This document shows, one piece after another, positions 7,566 through 18,332 of a stretch of DNA of 57,721 bases; position 1 is the stretch's first letter, and every line of letters begins with the position of its first letter. The notes under the pieces are model-generated. The model saw nothing but the letters and a program-made list of their open reading frames with translations, made no database searches and had not been told where the DNA came from. The position numbers and the translations under genes were made by a program. This DNA comes from a virus (taxonomy: Duplodnaviria; Caudoviricetes). The stretch spans positions 1-57,721 of the IMG/VR virus record IMGVR_UViG_3300030104_001324; one strand, 5' to 3'.

Positions 7566-9557
7566 ATGGCAATGATGCAAACACCACAATTCGGAGGCTT
7601 TCAGCCTTCAGGCAAAGTTAAGATAGCACAGGCTATGGGCTTTCAAGGACCAATGGAACAGTTTGATAGGTTCTTAGAAGACAACCCTGATAAGCAGGCA
7701 GAAATGATGCGCTACGAAAACATCGCTAGGAAGATGGTAAGTGGTGGTTATGTAGCTAAGATGCAAGAAGGTGGTATGCCTAAATCTGATGTTGTACCTC
7801 CTGATTATGATGCACCTGTTTATGGTGGTCCTGTACCTACTCCAGAGTTTACTCCTGATATACTTGATAAACTTGCAAATCCTCCTGCAGATCCTCCCTC
7901 AATAACAGATATGTCTATCGACAGGATAGTTGATCCTAAATTACCTGCAGGTGCGGTGACAACTGCATATGGTGTACCTACCGATCCTAATCAAACGATT
8001 GCTGAAGGAACAGGAGCAGTTGGAGATATGGAAGGTGCTGAGACTACAACGGTAGACACCACAGCACAGGCAGAAACACCAGAGGCAGATAAAGCAAACA
8101 CATATGATCCTGCAAAATCAGCAGAACAAGTAGGCAATGCACTAGACTCTGTTCAAGCTGCTCAAACAGATCCTGATGATGCACGTTCTAAAGTTGTAGC
8201 AGCGGAGCAAACCAAGTCTGCTGTATCAGATTTAGATGCTGCTAAAGGTACAGCACACCTAATTGAAAATCCTGTACAAAGAAAAATAGAAGAAGGTGAA
8301 TTAATATCTGGTTCTGCTGATGCAGAAAAAGCTAAACAGTTTACAGAAGAAATACAGGCTGCTGAAGCTACTCCTTCTCAAGAAGCAACAACAGCAGGAC
8401 AACTTAAAAAGTTAACAGAAGGTTTTGATGCCTCTAATCCTCCACCTTGGGCTTCTAGTGCTATGCAAGCAGTCGGATCGGAGATGGCTAGAAGAGGTTT
8501 ATCTATCTCTTCAGATGCAGGACAAGCTTTATTAGATGCTGCCTTACGATCTGCACTACCTATAGCACAGGCTGACGCATCCACCTTTGCTTCCTTTGAA
8601 GCACAGAACTTATCTAATAGACAAGCTCGTGCAATGCTTGCAGCGGAGCAACGTGCTAAGTTTATGGAGATGGAGTTTACTCAAGACTTTCAGTCTAGGG
8701 TACAAAACTCTGCACGTATTGGTGATATAGCTAATATGAACTTTACTGCAGAACAGAATATAGCTCTTGAGAATAGTAGAGCAGTCAACACCATGAACCT
8801 AGCTAACCTGAATAATGAGCAAGCTATGGTAATGGCTGAAGCATCTGCCCTTTCTAATTTAGATATGGCTAACTTAAATAACAGACAACAGGCAGCGGTT
8901 CAAAACGCTCAGAACTTTATGCAGTTAGATATGGCTAACTTATCTAATGAACAGCAGACAACTTTATTTAAAGCACAACAACAAACTACTGCACTATTTA
9001 ATGATCAGGCTGCCACTAATGCAGCAAAACAATTTAATGCTACTAGTGAAAATCAAACAGAGCAATTCTTTGCTAACCTTGCTCAACAAAACTCACAGTA
9101 TAATGCCTCACAAACTAATGCTATAAATCAGTTTAATGCAGGGCAAGAGAACGCTATGGCACAGTTTAACTCTGAGATGGATAATCAAAGAGATCAGTTT
9201 GACGCTAAGAACGCACTTGTTATAGCACAGAACAATGCACAGTGGAGAAGAGAAATAGCTACCGCAGATACCGCTGCAATTAACAGAGCTAATGAGCTTA
9301 ATGCCAATGCCGTGCTTGGAGTATCCAATCAAGCCTATGCTAACTTGTGGAACTACTACTCTGATACTATGGAGTGGGCATGGACTAGTGCGGAGAATAG
9401 CTTGGAAAGAAGTACTAATATGGCAATGGCTGAGTTAGATGCCAAGACGAGAAAAGAAATTGCAGATGAAAACGCTAAGTCGGCAGCAGGAACAGCCATA
9501 GGAGAATTGATTGGTACTATAGGTAGTGCATGGATAACAGGAGGACCAAAAACATGA
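7566..9557 (+). CDS. Putative internal virion / DNA ejection protein (Q/N/A-rich)
   Basis: 663 aa with repeated MANLxNxQQA/QFNA helices and a C-terminal G/A-rich hydrophobic segment. Typical podovirus position after the tail genes. Confidence 0.55.
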   Translation: MAMMQTPQFGGFQPSGKVKIAQAMGFQGPMEQFDRFLEDNPDKQAEMMRYENIARKMVSGGYVAKMQEGGMPKSDVVPPDYDAPVYGGPVPTPEFTPDILDKLANPPADPPSITDMSIDRIVDPKLPAGAVTTAYGVPTDPNQTIAEGTGAVGDMEGAETTTVDTTAQAETPEADKANTYDPAKSAEQVGNALDSVQAAQTDPDDARSKVVAAEQTKSAVSDLDAAKGTAHLIENPVQRKIEEGELISGSADAEKAKQFTEEIQAAEATPSQEATTAGQLKKLTEGFDASNPPPWASSAMQAVGSEMARRGLSISSDAGQALLDAALRSALPIAQADASTFASFEAQNLSNRQARAMLAAEQRAKFMEMEFTQDFQSRVQNSARIGDIANMNFTAEQNIALENSRAVNTMNLANLNNEQAMVMAEASALSNLDMANLNNRQQAAVQNAQNFMQLDMANLSNEQQTTLFKAQQQTTALFNDQAATNAAKQFNATSENQTEQFFANLAQQNSQYNASQTNAINQFNAGQENAMAQFNSEMDNQRDQFDAKNALVIAQNNAQWRREIATADTAAINRANELNANAVLGVSNQAYANLWNYYSDTMEWAWTSAENSLERSTNMAMAELDAKTRKEIADENAKSAAGTAIGELIGTIGSAWITGGPKT

Positions 9558-9787
9558 GAGCGTTTGACTCAGCAGGTAATACCTATACAAAGTATAATGA
9601 TATGATTAAAGAATTAAGTGTAGCTAGGGATGCTACGTCTAATAGTAAGGGTTTTGTTTCAAGACCATATCCAAAAAGTAAAGAAGATGGATCAGAATAT
9701 GCAGAAATACAGAAAGCTTTAATTCTAATGAATGAAATAAGAAAAAAAAGAGAGATGATAAATAATGCAACAAGCACAGCAACCTAA
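9554..9787 (+). CDS. Hypothetical protein
   Basis: ATGA overlap with the previous stop and a GGAGG SD support a start at 9554. Confidence 0.5.
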   Translation: MRAFDSAGNTYTKYNDMIKELSVARDATSNSKGFVSRPYPKSKEDGSEYAEIQKALILMNEIRKKREMINNATSTAT

Positions 9788-10304
9788 TTTTAATCAGCCT
9801 CAAGTGGGAATAGGCATGACTCCTGAGTTAGGAGCAAGACCTTGGCAGAACCCACCTCAACTGGTTAAGATAGAAGATGTAATCTCTCATTATGTAGAAG
9901 TGTTATCTACTGATGAAGCTTCTATGCGCATAGCTAACATACTGGACATGGGTGTACCTGTAACTACACTAGCTAATACCATTCAGATTAACAATGTTAT
10001 GGAGGGTCTACATACCATAGACACAGGAATTATGGCTACACCTGCAATTATGGAATACATAATGCTCATAGGAGATTCTCAAAATATAAAGTACAATACT
10101 GGATTAGAACAGCCTGAAGGATCAGATAGAGAAATGTTTATTAAGAGAGCTATGGCTGAACTTATAAGTAAGGAGCAACCTCCAATGGACACAGGCGAAC
10201 AGCCTATGATGCCACAGTCAGAGATGTCACCACCAGAAATGGCACAGGAAGAACCTATGCCTACTGAGGAAGCTCCAGTTGGTTTAATGTCTAGGAGAGC
10301 GTAA
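9765..10304 (+). CDS. Hypothetical (probable virion) protein
   Basis: RPWQNPPQ motif, acidic/Pro tail ending GLMSRRA, operon context. Confidence 0.5.
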   Translation: MQQAQQPNFNQPQVGIGMTPELGARPWQNPPQLVKIEDVISHYVEVLSTDEASMRIANILDMGVPVTTLANTIQINNVMEGLHTIDTGIMATPAIMEYIMLIGDSQNIKYNTGLEQPEGSDREMFIKRAMAELISKEQPPMDTGEQPMMPQSEMSPPEMAQEEPMPTEEAPVGLMSRRA

Positions 10305-11719
10305 TGGGATTTGGATTAGGTTTAGTAAAAGGTATAGCCACATCTGTTAATAGAAATTTAATGCAGTCTATGGAAGACTATAAAGATAAGATAGATCTAC
10401 TAACTGCAACAAATGTTAAGACTGCTCAACAAAGAGAAGCAGATTATAATGAAAGAATGAATACAGTTACTGGATCTCTTGGCGATATAAAACGTGCAGT
10501 AGACAATGACTTAGGTGTTGTTCAATACCTAGTAGATGAGTATGGACTAGAGGGAGCTAAAGAAAAAGCTGACCTTATAAACAGCTTATCTAAGAAAACT
10601 GGTAAGGTAAGAAGTGCTGCAGAAATTGTTGGGTTAGTTCGTGATCCTAATAATACTATAACCCTAGATAAATTAGCAAAGAGCCTTATACCTGCTCCAT
10701 CACAAATATATACAGATGCTAAGATAGAACCTACAGGTTTAATGAAACTGTTTGATGATGATATATCTGATGATGTAAGAAGAGAAACAGAAGCAATGTT
10801 AGGTGCTGCAGGCATACGATCTAGTTACGGTGAAATGAAGCTACTTGATCCCTCTTATACAGACGAGACTACAGGTGTTAGAGAGTGGGAATTATACGCT
10901 CCAGATGACTTTAAAAAAGCACAGGTGTACCATCAGAATGTTGCCTTTAAACTAAGGCAGAAAGGAATCTTTGATAACGATCAAGATCTTTTAAATGAAG
11001 CTGCTATAGTACAACTTAGGGCAGACAATGATGCAATTATGGTAGCCATTGAAGCAGGAGATAGGAAACCTTTATCACAAACTGAAAGTAAAAAATATGA
11101 AGATTATATTTACCAAAGATTAACATTAAACTGGGTTGGCACAACAGTTAAAATAAACAAAAAAGAAACTCCGTTATATCAAAATGGTATATTTACAAAA
11201 GCAGGTATAAATCAATATCAAAACAAAATACTAAACGAACAAACGCTTTCAATATTAGAAATGGTAAATGCCGCTAAAGAGGACGGTGTATCAGCAGTAG
11301 ATATTAACTTCTATGTAAACCACGCTATTGATAATAACCTGCAACTCTTGTACGTTGCTCCTGAATCAGTTCAATCTGGAGTTCCTGATGTAGACGAAGT
11401 AGGAAGTTTTACTTTTGCTAAAACCGAAAGTGGAGATTTTAAAGCTGCAATAAATCCATATACAAGAAGAGGTAGCTCTGATCGTGCTAACTTTGCTATC
11501 GAAGTATTTCCTGCTAATGCGTTTAAAGAGAGTTCAGTATCTGAAGAACTTACTAAGTTTTATGATGACCCTAGAGTACAAGATATTTTTAGAAGTTTTA
11601 ATAATGGATTAGGTCCAAATGATGCAACAGAAAAACAGGCTTTTATTGATAAATTAGTAAAAGAATTAAAAATTGATATAGCGATAGCAGAGAAAATAGC
11701 AGGTAAAGCAAAGAGCTAA
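10304..11719 (+). CDS. Putative internal virion protein
   Basis: 471 aa with N-terminal GFGLGLVKG amphipathic helix. Position in the ejection-protein cluster. Confidence 0.5.
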   Translation: MGFGLGLVKGIATSVNRNLMQSMEDYKDKIDLLTATNVKTAQQREADYNERMNTVTGSLGDIKRAVDNDLGVVQYLVDEYGLEGAKEKADLINSLSKKTGKVRSAAEIVGLVRDPNNTITLDKLAKSLIPAPSQIYTDAKIEPTGLMKLFDDDISDDVRRETEAMLGAAGIRSSYGEMKLLDPSYTDETTGVREWELYAPDDFKKAQVYHQNVAFKLRQKGIFDNDQDLLNEAAIVQLRADNDAIMVAIEAGDRKPLSQTESKKYEDYIYQRLTLNWVGTTVKINKKETPLYQNGIFTKAGINQYQNKILNEQTLSILEMVNAAKEDGVSAVDINFYVNHAIDNNLQLLYVAPESVQSGVPDVDEVGSFTFAKTESGDFKAAINPYTRRGSSDRANFAIEVFPANAFKESSVSEELTKFYDDPRVQDIFRSFNNGLGPNDATEKQAFIDKLVKELKIDIAIAEKIAGKAKS

Positions 11720-11720
11720 G

Positions 11721-14700
11721 ATGACAGAACCTCTGTACCATATGTACCACAAGGATAACTTGACAAAGGAAAACCTATTAGCAGATCCAGATTTTCTTAG
11801 TGATGCTAGTAGATTTTTAATAGAAAGAGAAAACTATACAGCAGAAGAACTTCAAGACAATGAATTAGTATACGATCAGTTTATGGAACACTTTAGGTTT
11901 CAGAATGTAAATGAAGTAACAGCCATAAAAGATTTAATATATGCCCAAGATTTAGATCAGGATGGTAAAGATCGTATGGGCAGACTCATGCAAACCTATG
12001 ACCGCATGGGTATGGACTTAGGTACAAAGGCATACATAGATTATGCCCAAGGTATCTTATTTGCACCGTCCACTTATGCAAGCCTCTTTTCATTTGGCAC
12101 AGCTAAAGCAGGCACACTAGCCTCTCAGCAGGCTCTTAAATTTTCCCTTAGAAAACTATTAACAGAAGGCAGACATTTAAAAAATGTTGCAAAGAAAGCC
12201 GCCTTTCCTGTTGCTGTAGATACAACTGCAGGAGCAGGCACTGTGTATGCTCAAGAGAGTACTCGTGTAGAGACAGGACAAAAAGATGAAGTAGACATGA
12301 CTAATGTTGGAATGGCAGGAGGTATTTCATTTGTAACATCTGGAGTGTTAACTGGTGCAGGCTCAATTCAAGGAGTTAAAAGAGATCTTGCGTCAGAAAG
12401 AATATTAAGAATAAACCAAAAGAAATTAAAGGCTCGTTCTGAAATAGTACATAAGGTTAGAACTAGTAAATTATTTAATGCTAATAATAAAAAAGCAGAC
12501 TTAGCTAAACAGTTTGAAATTATATTAAAAGAATCTAGAGTAGAAAAGCTTAGAGAAGAAAACAAATTAGGGTTAAAAGAAACCATACCTGAAATACTAG
12601 AGACAGGTAAAAGGTTATATAAAGATAGACTGTTAGCAAAGGGAGAGGGCATACCATTAACCTTTGATGAGAAAGCTATGCAAAACATCGCTGCCGCAGC
12701 GACTGAAATGGATAGCATTATAGGCAATCTTCCTAATGCGGCTAAAGGATCTACAGAAAGATTTACTTCTAGGTTATCTAGAGCCTTGTTAGATGATGTA
12801 GACGGTACTCTTAAAGTAAAACTAAATAAAATTATGACGGATTACAATATTAATTGGGAAGATGTCGGACCTCTGTTTGCTGCGGAGTTAAGTAGAGCAG
12901 GTACATTGCTAGGTCAGGTGGGTAAGTTATCAAAGAGTAAACAAAGAGAACTATATACTAAAAAAGTAGATGAGTTAAACAGGCTAGATGATGCACTAGA
13001 GGCTGATGGACGCTTAACAAATGAATATAGAAAAAAGCTAAACAAAGAAACAAAAAATGGTCACTTCTCTAGAATAAGACACTTTATAAATGAGGCTTTT
13101 GTAAAGGGTAGAGTAGGTCTTATGACTATACAGTTAGCTACCACAGTAAGAAACACAACTAATGGTTATATGAGAAACTATGTATATGCTTTAGATAATC
13201 TAGGTACAGGATTAATAAATGCAACAACAGGCTCTGTTAAAAAATTAGCAGCAGGCTCAGACGAGGATTTACTTAGACACGCACAGGCTTCTGTAGAGTT
13301 AGGTAAGGCTCAGATGCGAACTGCTTGGGATTCTGCTTGGTTAAAAGATATGGGGTTAGGTTTAGAAAGCACAACTACAACTGCCCTGTTTAAAGTTTTA
13401 GGTTCAGAAGAGTTTGGTTATAATAAACAAGTATCCAAAATGCTTAGAGAATTAGCTGACATAGGAGAAATGACAGGTGCAGAAACAGGCTTGCTTAAAC
13501 CTGTTAGATTCCTCAATGGTCTTAATACCATGAGTGATAATATGTTTAAAAGAGCTATATTTACAAGAGAATTAAATAAAGCACTACGTTCTAATCCTTT
13601 ACAAATAGAAGGTAGAGCGTACAATAATCTTAATGATTTATTAAAGAAGGGATATGGCAACCGACTTAGAACAAAAGATATAGCACTGGCTATGGAAGAA
13701 GCACTAGACTTTACATATCAAAGAGGTGGCTTTAGGGGAGTTGAAGGTAACTTTAATTTAATGGCAGACAACTTTATAAAGTTTGGTTCAACAGTGTTTG
13801 GATCTTCTTTTGTACCATTTCCTCGCTTCATGGTTAACTCATTTCAATTCATGTACAAACATGCGCCTATTCTTGGTATGTATAACTGGGGTGGCATAAG
13901 AAATAGATCAACTGCTCTTGTAGGTAAGGATGGTAATCCTGCTATAAATAGTTTTGATTTATCTCCAGAGGCTATTGCACAATCTTTTTCAGGAATGGCT
14001 CTATTATACACCATGTATCAGGCAAGGGTTCAGTTTGGTGATGAGTACACTACTGCATATGAATATAAAGATCCAAACTCAGGTGGTACGTTTGATGCAA
14101 GAGCTATGCTAGGACCATTTGCTCCTTATGCATTAGCCGCAGATGTAATTTACAGACTAAAACCAGAGTGGCATGGTAACGAAAACGTAGCTAGAACAAG
14201 AGTACTAGGGTTTCGTGAATCTGTAGAAGCTATAACAGGTTCATTTGGTAGAGCAGGTACAGGTTTGTATATTGTTGATGGGATAATGAATGAAATACAG
14301 GGTGGAAATACAGATGTTGACATAGAAAGAGGCCTAGCTAAATTTCTAGGTAATTACTTTAATACTTTCTTTGTAGGAGCAGGAGTATTTACCGATATAT
14401 TAGGTTCTTTTGATCCAGAATACAGGACCTTAAAAAGTAACGCTGATGTAAACTTTTGGGAATACTTTTTTAAGCAGACAACACGATCTTTGCCTATGGA
14501 TGCAGTATCCGATTTAGGTACAGCCGCAGGTTTAGACTCTGAGAATTTTTCTTTATACACAGAGAGGGATAGATTAGCTAGTCCTACTAGAGGTTCAGGA
14601 GTTAAGCGATACCATCCTTTCTTTAAGCAACTTACAGGTTTTACACCCAGAGAGGAAAAGACTTTTATTGAAAAAGAAATAGCACGATTACAATTAGATT

Positions 14701-15074
14701 ATGTAGAGCTACTACCTAAAAGAATAAAGGGTGATCAAGAATTATCTAATGATGCTTTGCAAGCTATGGGAGAGTATGTGGAAAGAGAAGTTGCTAACTA
14801 TATTTTTTCAGATGAATATAGAGATGAAAAATCTGACATAGGCAAAAAGCATATGTTAAAAAGTCAGATTAATAGATTTAAAACACTTGCTAGGAATCAA
14901 GTACTAGATCCTGCAGGTGCTACAACAGAAGAAGAACTTGAACGAATACTACAAGCAATCTACATGACACAAAAATATGCAGACAGAAAATATAAAGAAC
15001 AAAAGTACAAAGAAATTTATGGAGATGATAGAGATCTAAGGGAAGATGGAGCTTGGGATTTTATGTCCGATTAA
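11721..15074 (+). CDS. Large internal virion / ejectosome protein
   Basis: 1117 aa, largely helical with hydrophobic segments. Last gene of the late arm. Confidence 0.55.
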   Translation: MTEPLYHMYHKDNLTKENLLADPDFLSDASRFLIERENYTAEELQDNELVYDQFMEHFRFQNVNEVTAIKDLIYAQDLDQDGKDRMGRLMQTYDRMGMDLGTKAYIDYAQGILFAPSTYASLFSFGTAKAGTLASQQALKFSLRKLLTEGRHLKNVAKKAAFPVAVDTTAGAGTVYAQESTRVETGQKDEVDMTNVGMAGGISFVTSGVLTGAGSIQGVKRDLASERILRINQKKLKARSEIVHKVRTSKLFNANNKKADLAKQFEIILKESRVEKLREENKLGLKETIPEILETGKRLYKDRLLAKGEGIPLTFDEKAMQNIAAAATEMDSIIGNLPNAAKGSTERFTSRLSRALLDDVDGTLKVKLNKIMTDYNINWEDVGPLFAAELSRAGTLLGQVGKLSKSKQRELYTKKVDELNRLDDALEADGRLTNEYRKKLNKETKNGHFSRIRHFINEAFVKGRVGLMTIQLATTVRNTTNGYMRNYVYALDNLGTGLINATTGSVKKLAAGSDEDLLRHAQASVELGKAQMRTAWDSAWLKDMGLGLESTTTTALFKVLGSEEFGYNKQVSKMLRELADIGEMTGAETGLLKPVRFLNGLNTMSDNMFKRAIFTRELNKALRSNPLQIEGRAYNNLNDLLKKGYGNRLRTKDIALAMEEALDFTYQRGGFRGVEGNFNLMADNFIKFGSTVFGSSFVPFPRFMVNSFQFMYKHAPILGMYNWGGIRNRSTALVGKDGNPAINSFDLSPEAIAQSFSGMALLYTMYQARVQFGDEYTTAYEYKDPNSGGTFDARAMLGPFAPYALAADVIYRLKPEWHGNENVARTRVLGFRESVEAITGSFGRAGTGLYIVDGIMNEIQGGNTDVDIERGLAKFLGNYFNTFFVGAGVFTDILGSFDPEYRTLKSNADVNFWEYFFKQTTRSLPMDAVSDLGTAAGLDSENFSLYTERDRLASPTRGSGVKRYHPFFKQLTGFTPREEKTFIEKEIARLQLDYVELLPKRIKGDQELSNDALQAMGEYVEREVANYIFSDEYRDEKSDIGKKHMLKSQINRFKTLARNQVLDPAGATTEEELERILQAIYMTQKYADRKYKEQKYKEIYGDDRDLREDGAWDFMSD

Positions 15075-15076
15075 AT

Positions 15077-15457
15077 CTACCTCTTATCTCCACTTCCATG
15101 TATCGTACCTTTCTTCTTACGACTAGCTAACTTAACTTCATTCTCTTTAGCTATACGTCCTAGTGTGTACCCTAAGTCTTCAGACAAAGCAGCACAGTAC
15201 CACAACACATCCCCAATCTCAGACGCTAACTGTTCCCTCCAATCGTCAGGCAACTTGCTTGTACCATCCCTTATTATCTTTTTAACTTTATTAGCTACCT
15301 CACCTGCTTCCCCTGCCAATCCTAGTGCAGGGTAAAGTATCTTGTGCTGTGGTGGGTATACTGCTGTAGTCACAGCGTTCTTTTGATATTCATTCATGTC
15401 CATTTTTCCATACCTCTCTTCCATAAATTGTTTAGCCTCTAGCTCTATTGTGTTCAT
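15077..15457 (-). CDS. mazG: MazG-like nucleoside triphosphate pyrophosphohydrolase
   Basis: LGLAGEAGEVANKVKK...EIGDVLWY, ends GSGDKR. Confidence 0.9.
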   Translation of the reverse strand: MNTIELEAKQFMEERYGKMDMNEYQKNAVTTAVYPPQHKILYPALGLAGEAGEVANKVKKIIRDGTSKLPDDWREQLASEIGDVLWYCAALSEDLGYTLGRIAKENEVKLASRKKKGTIHGSGDKR

Positions 15458-15647
15458 GTTTCTGTACCTTCTTTAAGTTGTGGGCAAACGCATCATTAAA
15501 TCCACGCTCCCATTCACGATGCTGCATTGTGTTACTGTTGAAGGGATTATTTATTCTAGCTCTGTAAAAGTCTTTAAAGCCTCTCTGATGCTGTATCTTT
15601 AGAGGTGCGTCATACTTACCTAGTCCTTTTCTCTGTCTTATATTCAT
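15432..15647 (-). CDS. Small Rmf/CrpP-like protein
   Basis: HQRGF...NPF...REWERGF parallels ribosome modulation factor (HQRGY...CPY...WLGGW, recalled). Confidence 0.45.
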   Translation of the reverse strand: MNIRQRKGLGKYDAPLKIQHQRGFKDFYRARINNPFNSNTMQHREWERGFNDAFAHNLKKVQKHEHNRARG

Positions 15648-15649
15648 AT

Positions 15650-17605
15650 CTATGCTCCTATATCTACTATTTCACAAACATCGCCTGAACATGCAAAGGT
15701 CTGATTGCCTGCTGTAGTATCTTCCTTCTCGTACTCAGCAAGCTGTGACCAGTTTATATCGTAGACGAACTTATCTAACATATCATTATACTCTTCTTCT
15801 GTACAGTCCTGATATGGTGCTTGTTGATAAGTATGATCAGAGTGTGGTAAAAATGACACACCTGACATCTCATCAAAGTGTTTGAATACAAATGCACCAA
15901 CTTCCATCCACTCATCATCTCGCACTGTGATAGTCACAGAGGGCTTGTGTTCACACCAGTGTCTCTGGTATATCATCCACATTTCAAGCTGTTGTATGGC
16001 TGTTAAATCGTTTCTGGTGACACATCCTTTAGGTGACTTAACAGGAAAGCTAAATACTGTAGTGTCATTAGGCTTTGTAACGTCAGGCTCATATGGTACA
16101 CCTTGTTCAATCATAAACTGTGTCAATGGGTCTTTGTTATCACCACGCACAGTCCTAATGTAGTACTCGCTGTGTCTAGCATGTATACCTGATGCACTGT
16201 CCACTAACTGTGACACTGTGCCACTAGGCTTGACGCATGTGATAGCTGTAGACTGTGGTATGTTTAGCTTCTCTGCCCACTCTTTATTTGTATCCACCGC
16301 AACCTCTCGTAGCTCCTGTAATAGATCTTCAAGATGCACATGTGATAAAAGAGTATTTTTATTAGAAGTACCATTAGTCAATGGACAATCCATTATACCT
16401 GTAAGAGATACACCTAGTAGTCTTTCTTCTTCTGTGTTCTTCTTCCACACCTTACGTAGATAAGGAAAGTCTGTGAGAGTAGACTGTATTGTACCTAGTA
16501 TGGTAGCAAGCTTTACCTTATGCTTCAGGGTTTCTTTTGTGTCCTCTGCCCTGATAACAACTTCTGTAAGATTACAGAACTGATAGGGTCTAAGGATAAT
16601 CTCACTGCATGGGTTTGTACCAAAGTCAAAGTTAGAATCTCTTCTACCATACTTCTCTACCTGTTTCTTAGATGCAACTCTGTTGAAGATACCACGCTCT
16701 CCTGACTTAGATTCAACTAATCCTGTCCACTCACGTAGGAATGTCTCACCATCAGGCTTATCTGTGTACGCTACAGAGTTGTTAGACAGAGCCATATGTG
16801 GTGCGTCCTGCCACCACTGTCCTGACTTAGCATGACGCATACGTATGTCACTAAGGTTAGACAAACTAATCATGGCAGACCTACGCACTCCTCCTACCAC
16901 AACAATCTCCCCTATCTTACACATAATAGAATGACAGTCATAGCTAGATAACTTCTTCCCTGTGTTTGCCTTGAACATATTAATGGTAAAGTTAAATAGA
17001 TCTACAAGAGGTGCAGGTCCACTTGCCCTACCACCAAACGTCTTGAGCCTAGCTCCTGCAGGTCTGACCTTAGACACATCCCATGTAGGTATCTCTCCTG
17101 CATAAAGCAGTGCTACTAACATGCGAAAAGCTTTTGCCCAACCTTCCTTGCTGTCCTTAACAACAATACAAGTGTCGGAGTTATACAGATGCTCTGGTAC
17201 TTCAGGTAGTTTGTTTACGTACTGTCTCTCTACCGAAAAGCCTACACCTGTACCACACAGTAGTATATACATAGCTTCATCAAAAGATTTAGGATCATCT
17301 ACAGGCAGATAGCTACAGTTGTACCCTGCTGTGTTGTCTCGCTCAAGAGCAGGCCCTGCTGTCATTAATGCTCTCATGCTAGGCATAACATCTAGTCTAG
17401 CTACGGCATTACGCAACTCAGTTTTTATAGAAGACCACATACTTGTGCTTTCTCTTAGTGTGTCCATAGTTTCTTCTTTATGGGTTATATAGTTAATGTA
17501 TCTATCAACTGTTTCTTCCCATGTTTCTCTTCTTTGTTCGTCATCTAACCAACGAGCATAGCGAGAGGTGGCTATAAAGTTTTGGTAATCTGTAGGTAAG
17601 CTCAT
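15650..17605 (-). CDS. nrdJ: Class II (adenosylcobalamin-dependent) ribonucleotide reductase
   Basis: YNCSY, GTGVGFS, VVVGGVRRSA, TNPCSEI catalytic loop, TCVKPSGT, C-terminal CSGDVC. No beta subunit gene present. Confidence 0.93.
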   Translation of the reverse strand: MSLPTDYQNFIATSRYARWLDDEQRRETWEETVDRYINYITHKEETMDTLRESTSMWSSIKTELRNAVARLDVMPSMRALMTAGPALERDNTAGYNCSYLPVDDPKSFDEAMYILLCGTGVGFSVERQYVNKLPEVPEHLYNSDTCIVVKDSKEGWAKAFRMLVALLYAGEIPTWDVSKVRPAGARLKTFGGRASGPAPLVDLFNFTINMFKANTGKKLSSYDCHSIMCKIGEIVVVGGVRRSAMISLSNLSDIRMRHAKSGQWWQDAPHMALSNNSVAYTDKPDGETFLREWTGLVESKSGERGIFNRVASKKQVEKYGRRDSNFDFGTNPCSEIILRPYQFCNLTEVVIRAEDTKETLKHKVKLATILGTIQSTLTDFPYLRKVWKKNTEEERLLGVSLTGIMDCPLTNGTSNKNTLLSHVHLEDLLQELREVAVDTNKEWAEKLNIPQSTAITCVKPSGTVSQLVDSASGIHARHSEYYIRTVRGDNKDPLTQFMIEQGVPYEPDVTKPNDTTVFSFPVKSPKGCVTRNDLTAIQQLEMWMIYQRHWCEHKPSVTITVRDDEWMEVGAFVFKHFDEMSGVSFLPHSDHTYQQAPYQDCTEEEYNDMLDKFVYDINWSQLAEYEKEDTTAGNQTFACSGDVCEIVDIGA

Positions 17606-17769
17606 TATTTATTCTCCATTAATACGTTAATTGTTTTTATGTCCAAGCCATCAATATCATATATGTACGCACTGAAAGCCTCCTCTATTTCCTGTGCCAC
17701 TTCACCGTCAACAGGCACAGGATACTCATCTTCATCTATATCAAGAGTTAAGAATACCTTGATCCTCAT
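17605..17769 (-). CDS. Small acidic hypothetical protein (54 aa, not in ORF track)
   Basis: MRIKVFLTLDIDEDEYPVPVDG... fills the gap, with ATGA and TAATG coupling at the two ends. Confidence 0.7.
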   Translation of the reverse strand: MRIKVFLTLDIDEDEYPVPVDGEVAQEIEEAFSAYIYDIDGLDIKTINVLMENK

Positions 17770-17978
17770 TTTACTACATCAATAAGTTTTGTCAAGTACC
17801 ATTGAGCTTTCTCAAGGTCTTCCTTACCTCCCTTATATCTGTATCGCCATATATATTTAAGGATATTACCTTGCAAGTAATACTGAAAGCCATCATCTGT
17901 GGCTGCTTCAATAGCATCAATACATTCTATACCCTTTTGATTATAGTGTGGTGGACTATTTACCATATCTTCACTCAT
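17766..17978 (-). CDS. DUF3310 family protein (T7 gp1.7-like)
   Basis: VNSPPHY...IECIDAI...GNILKYIWRY..K...DLEKAQWY. Confidence 0.88.
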   Translation of the reverse strand: MSEDMVNSPPHYNQKGIECIDAIEAATDDGFQYYLQGNILKYIWRYRYKGGKEDLEKAQWYLTKLIDVVK

Positions 17979-18331
17979 TGTTTACCTCCATTAGCTTTAG
18001 GGTTGAAAGAAACTCTCACAACATTATCCTTGCGAGAAACTACTTTAGGTTTTATCACAGTGTCCTCTACATTGTCAAGTTCATTTAGGGCATAGTCATT
18101 AATTAACTCCCTAAACGACTTCATCTCCTCCATCATAGGAACTGTAGAGGTTATCATCCTACAGAAATGTAGCATACTTGCATAGTCTTCATCACTTAAA
18201 AACATATCATCTGCTATTACTATATTAACATTTACTTCCCCTTCCCATCTTTTGTTACGAACAACAGGAGTTATTTTTATAATAAAATCTTGGGGATCAA
18301 AGGGTAATAGTATCTTTTCTTCGTCTTCCAT
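17975..18331 (-). CDS. Hypothetical protein
   Basis: Start moved to ATG 18331 (MEDEEK), which follows an AGGAGG SD just past the endonuclease stop. Confidence 0.6.
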   Translation of the reverse strand: MEDEEKILLPFDPQDFIIKITPVVRNKRWEGEVNVNIVIADDMFLSDEDYASMLHFCRMITSTVPMMEEMKSFRELINDYALNELDNVEDTVIKPKVVSRKDNVVRVSFNPKANGGKQ

Positions 18332-18332
18332 G

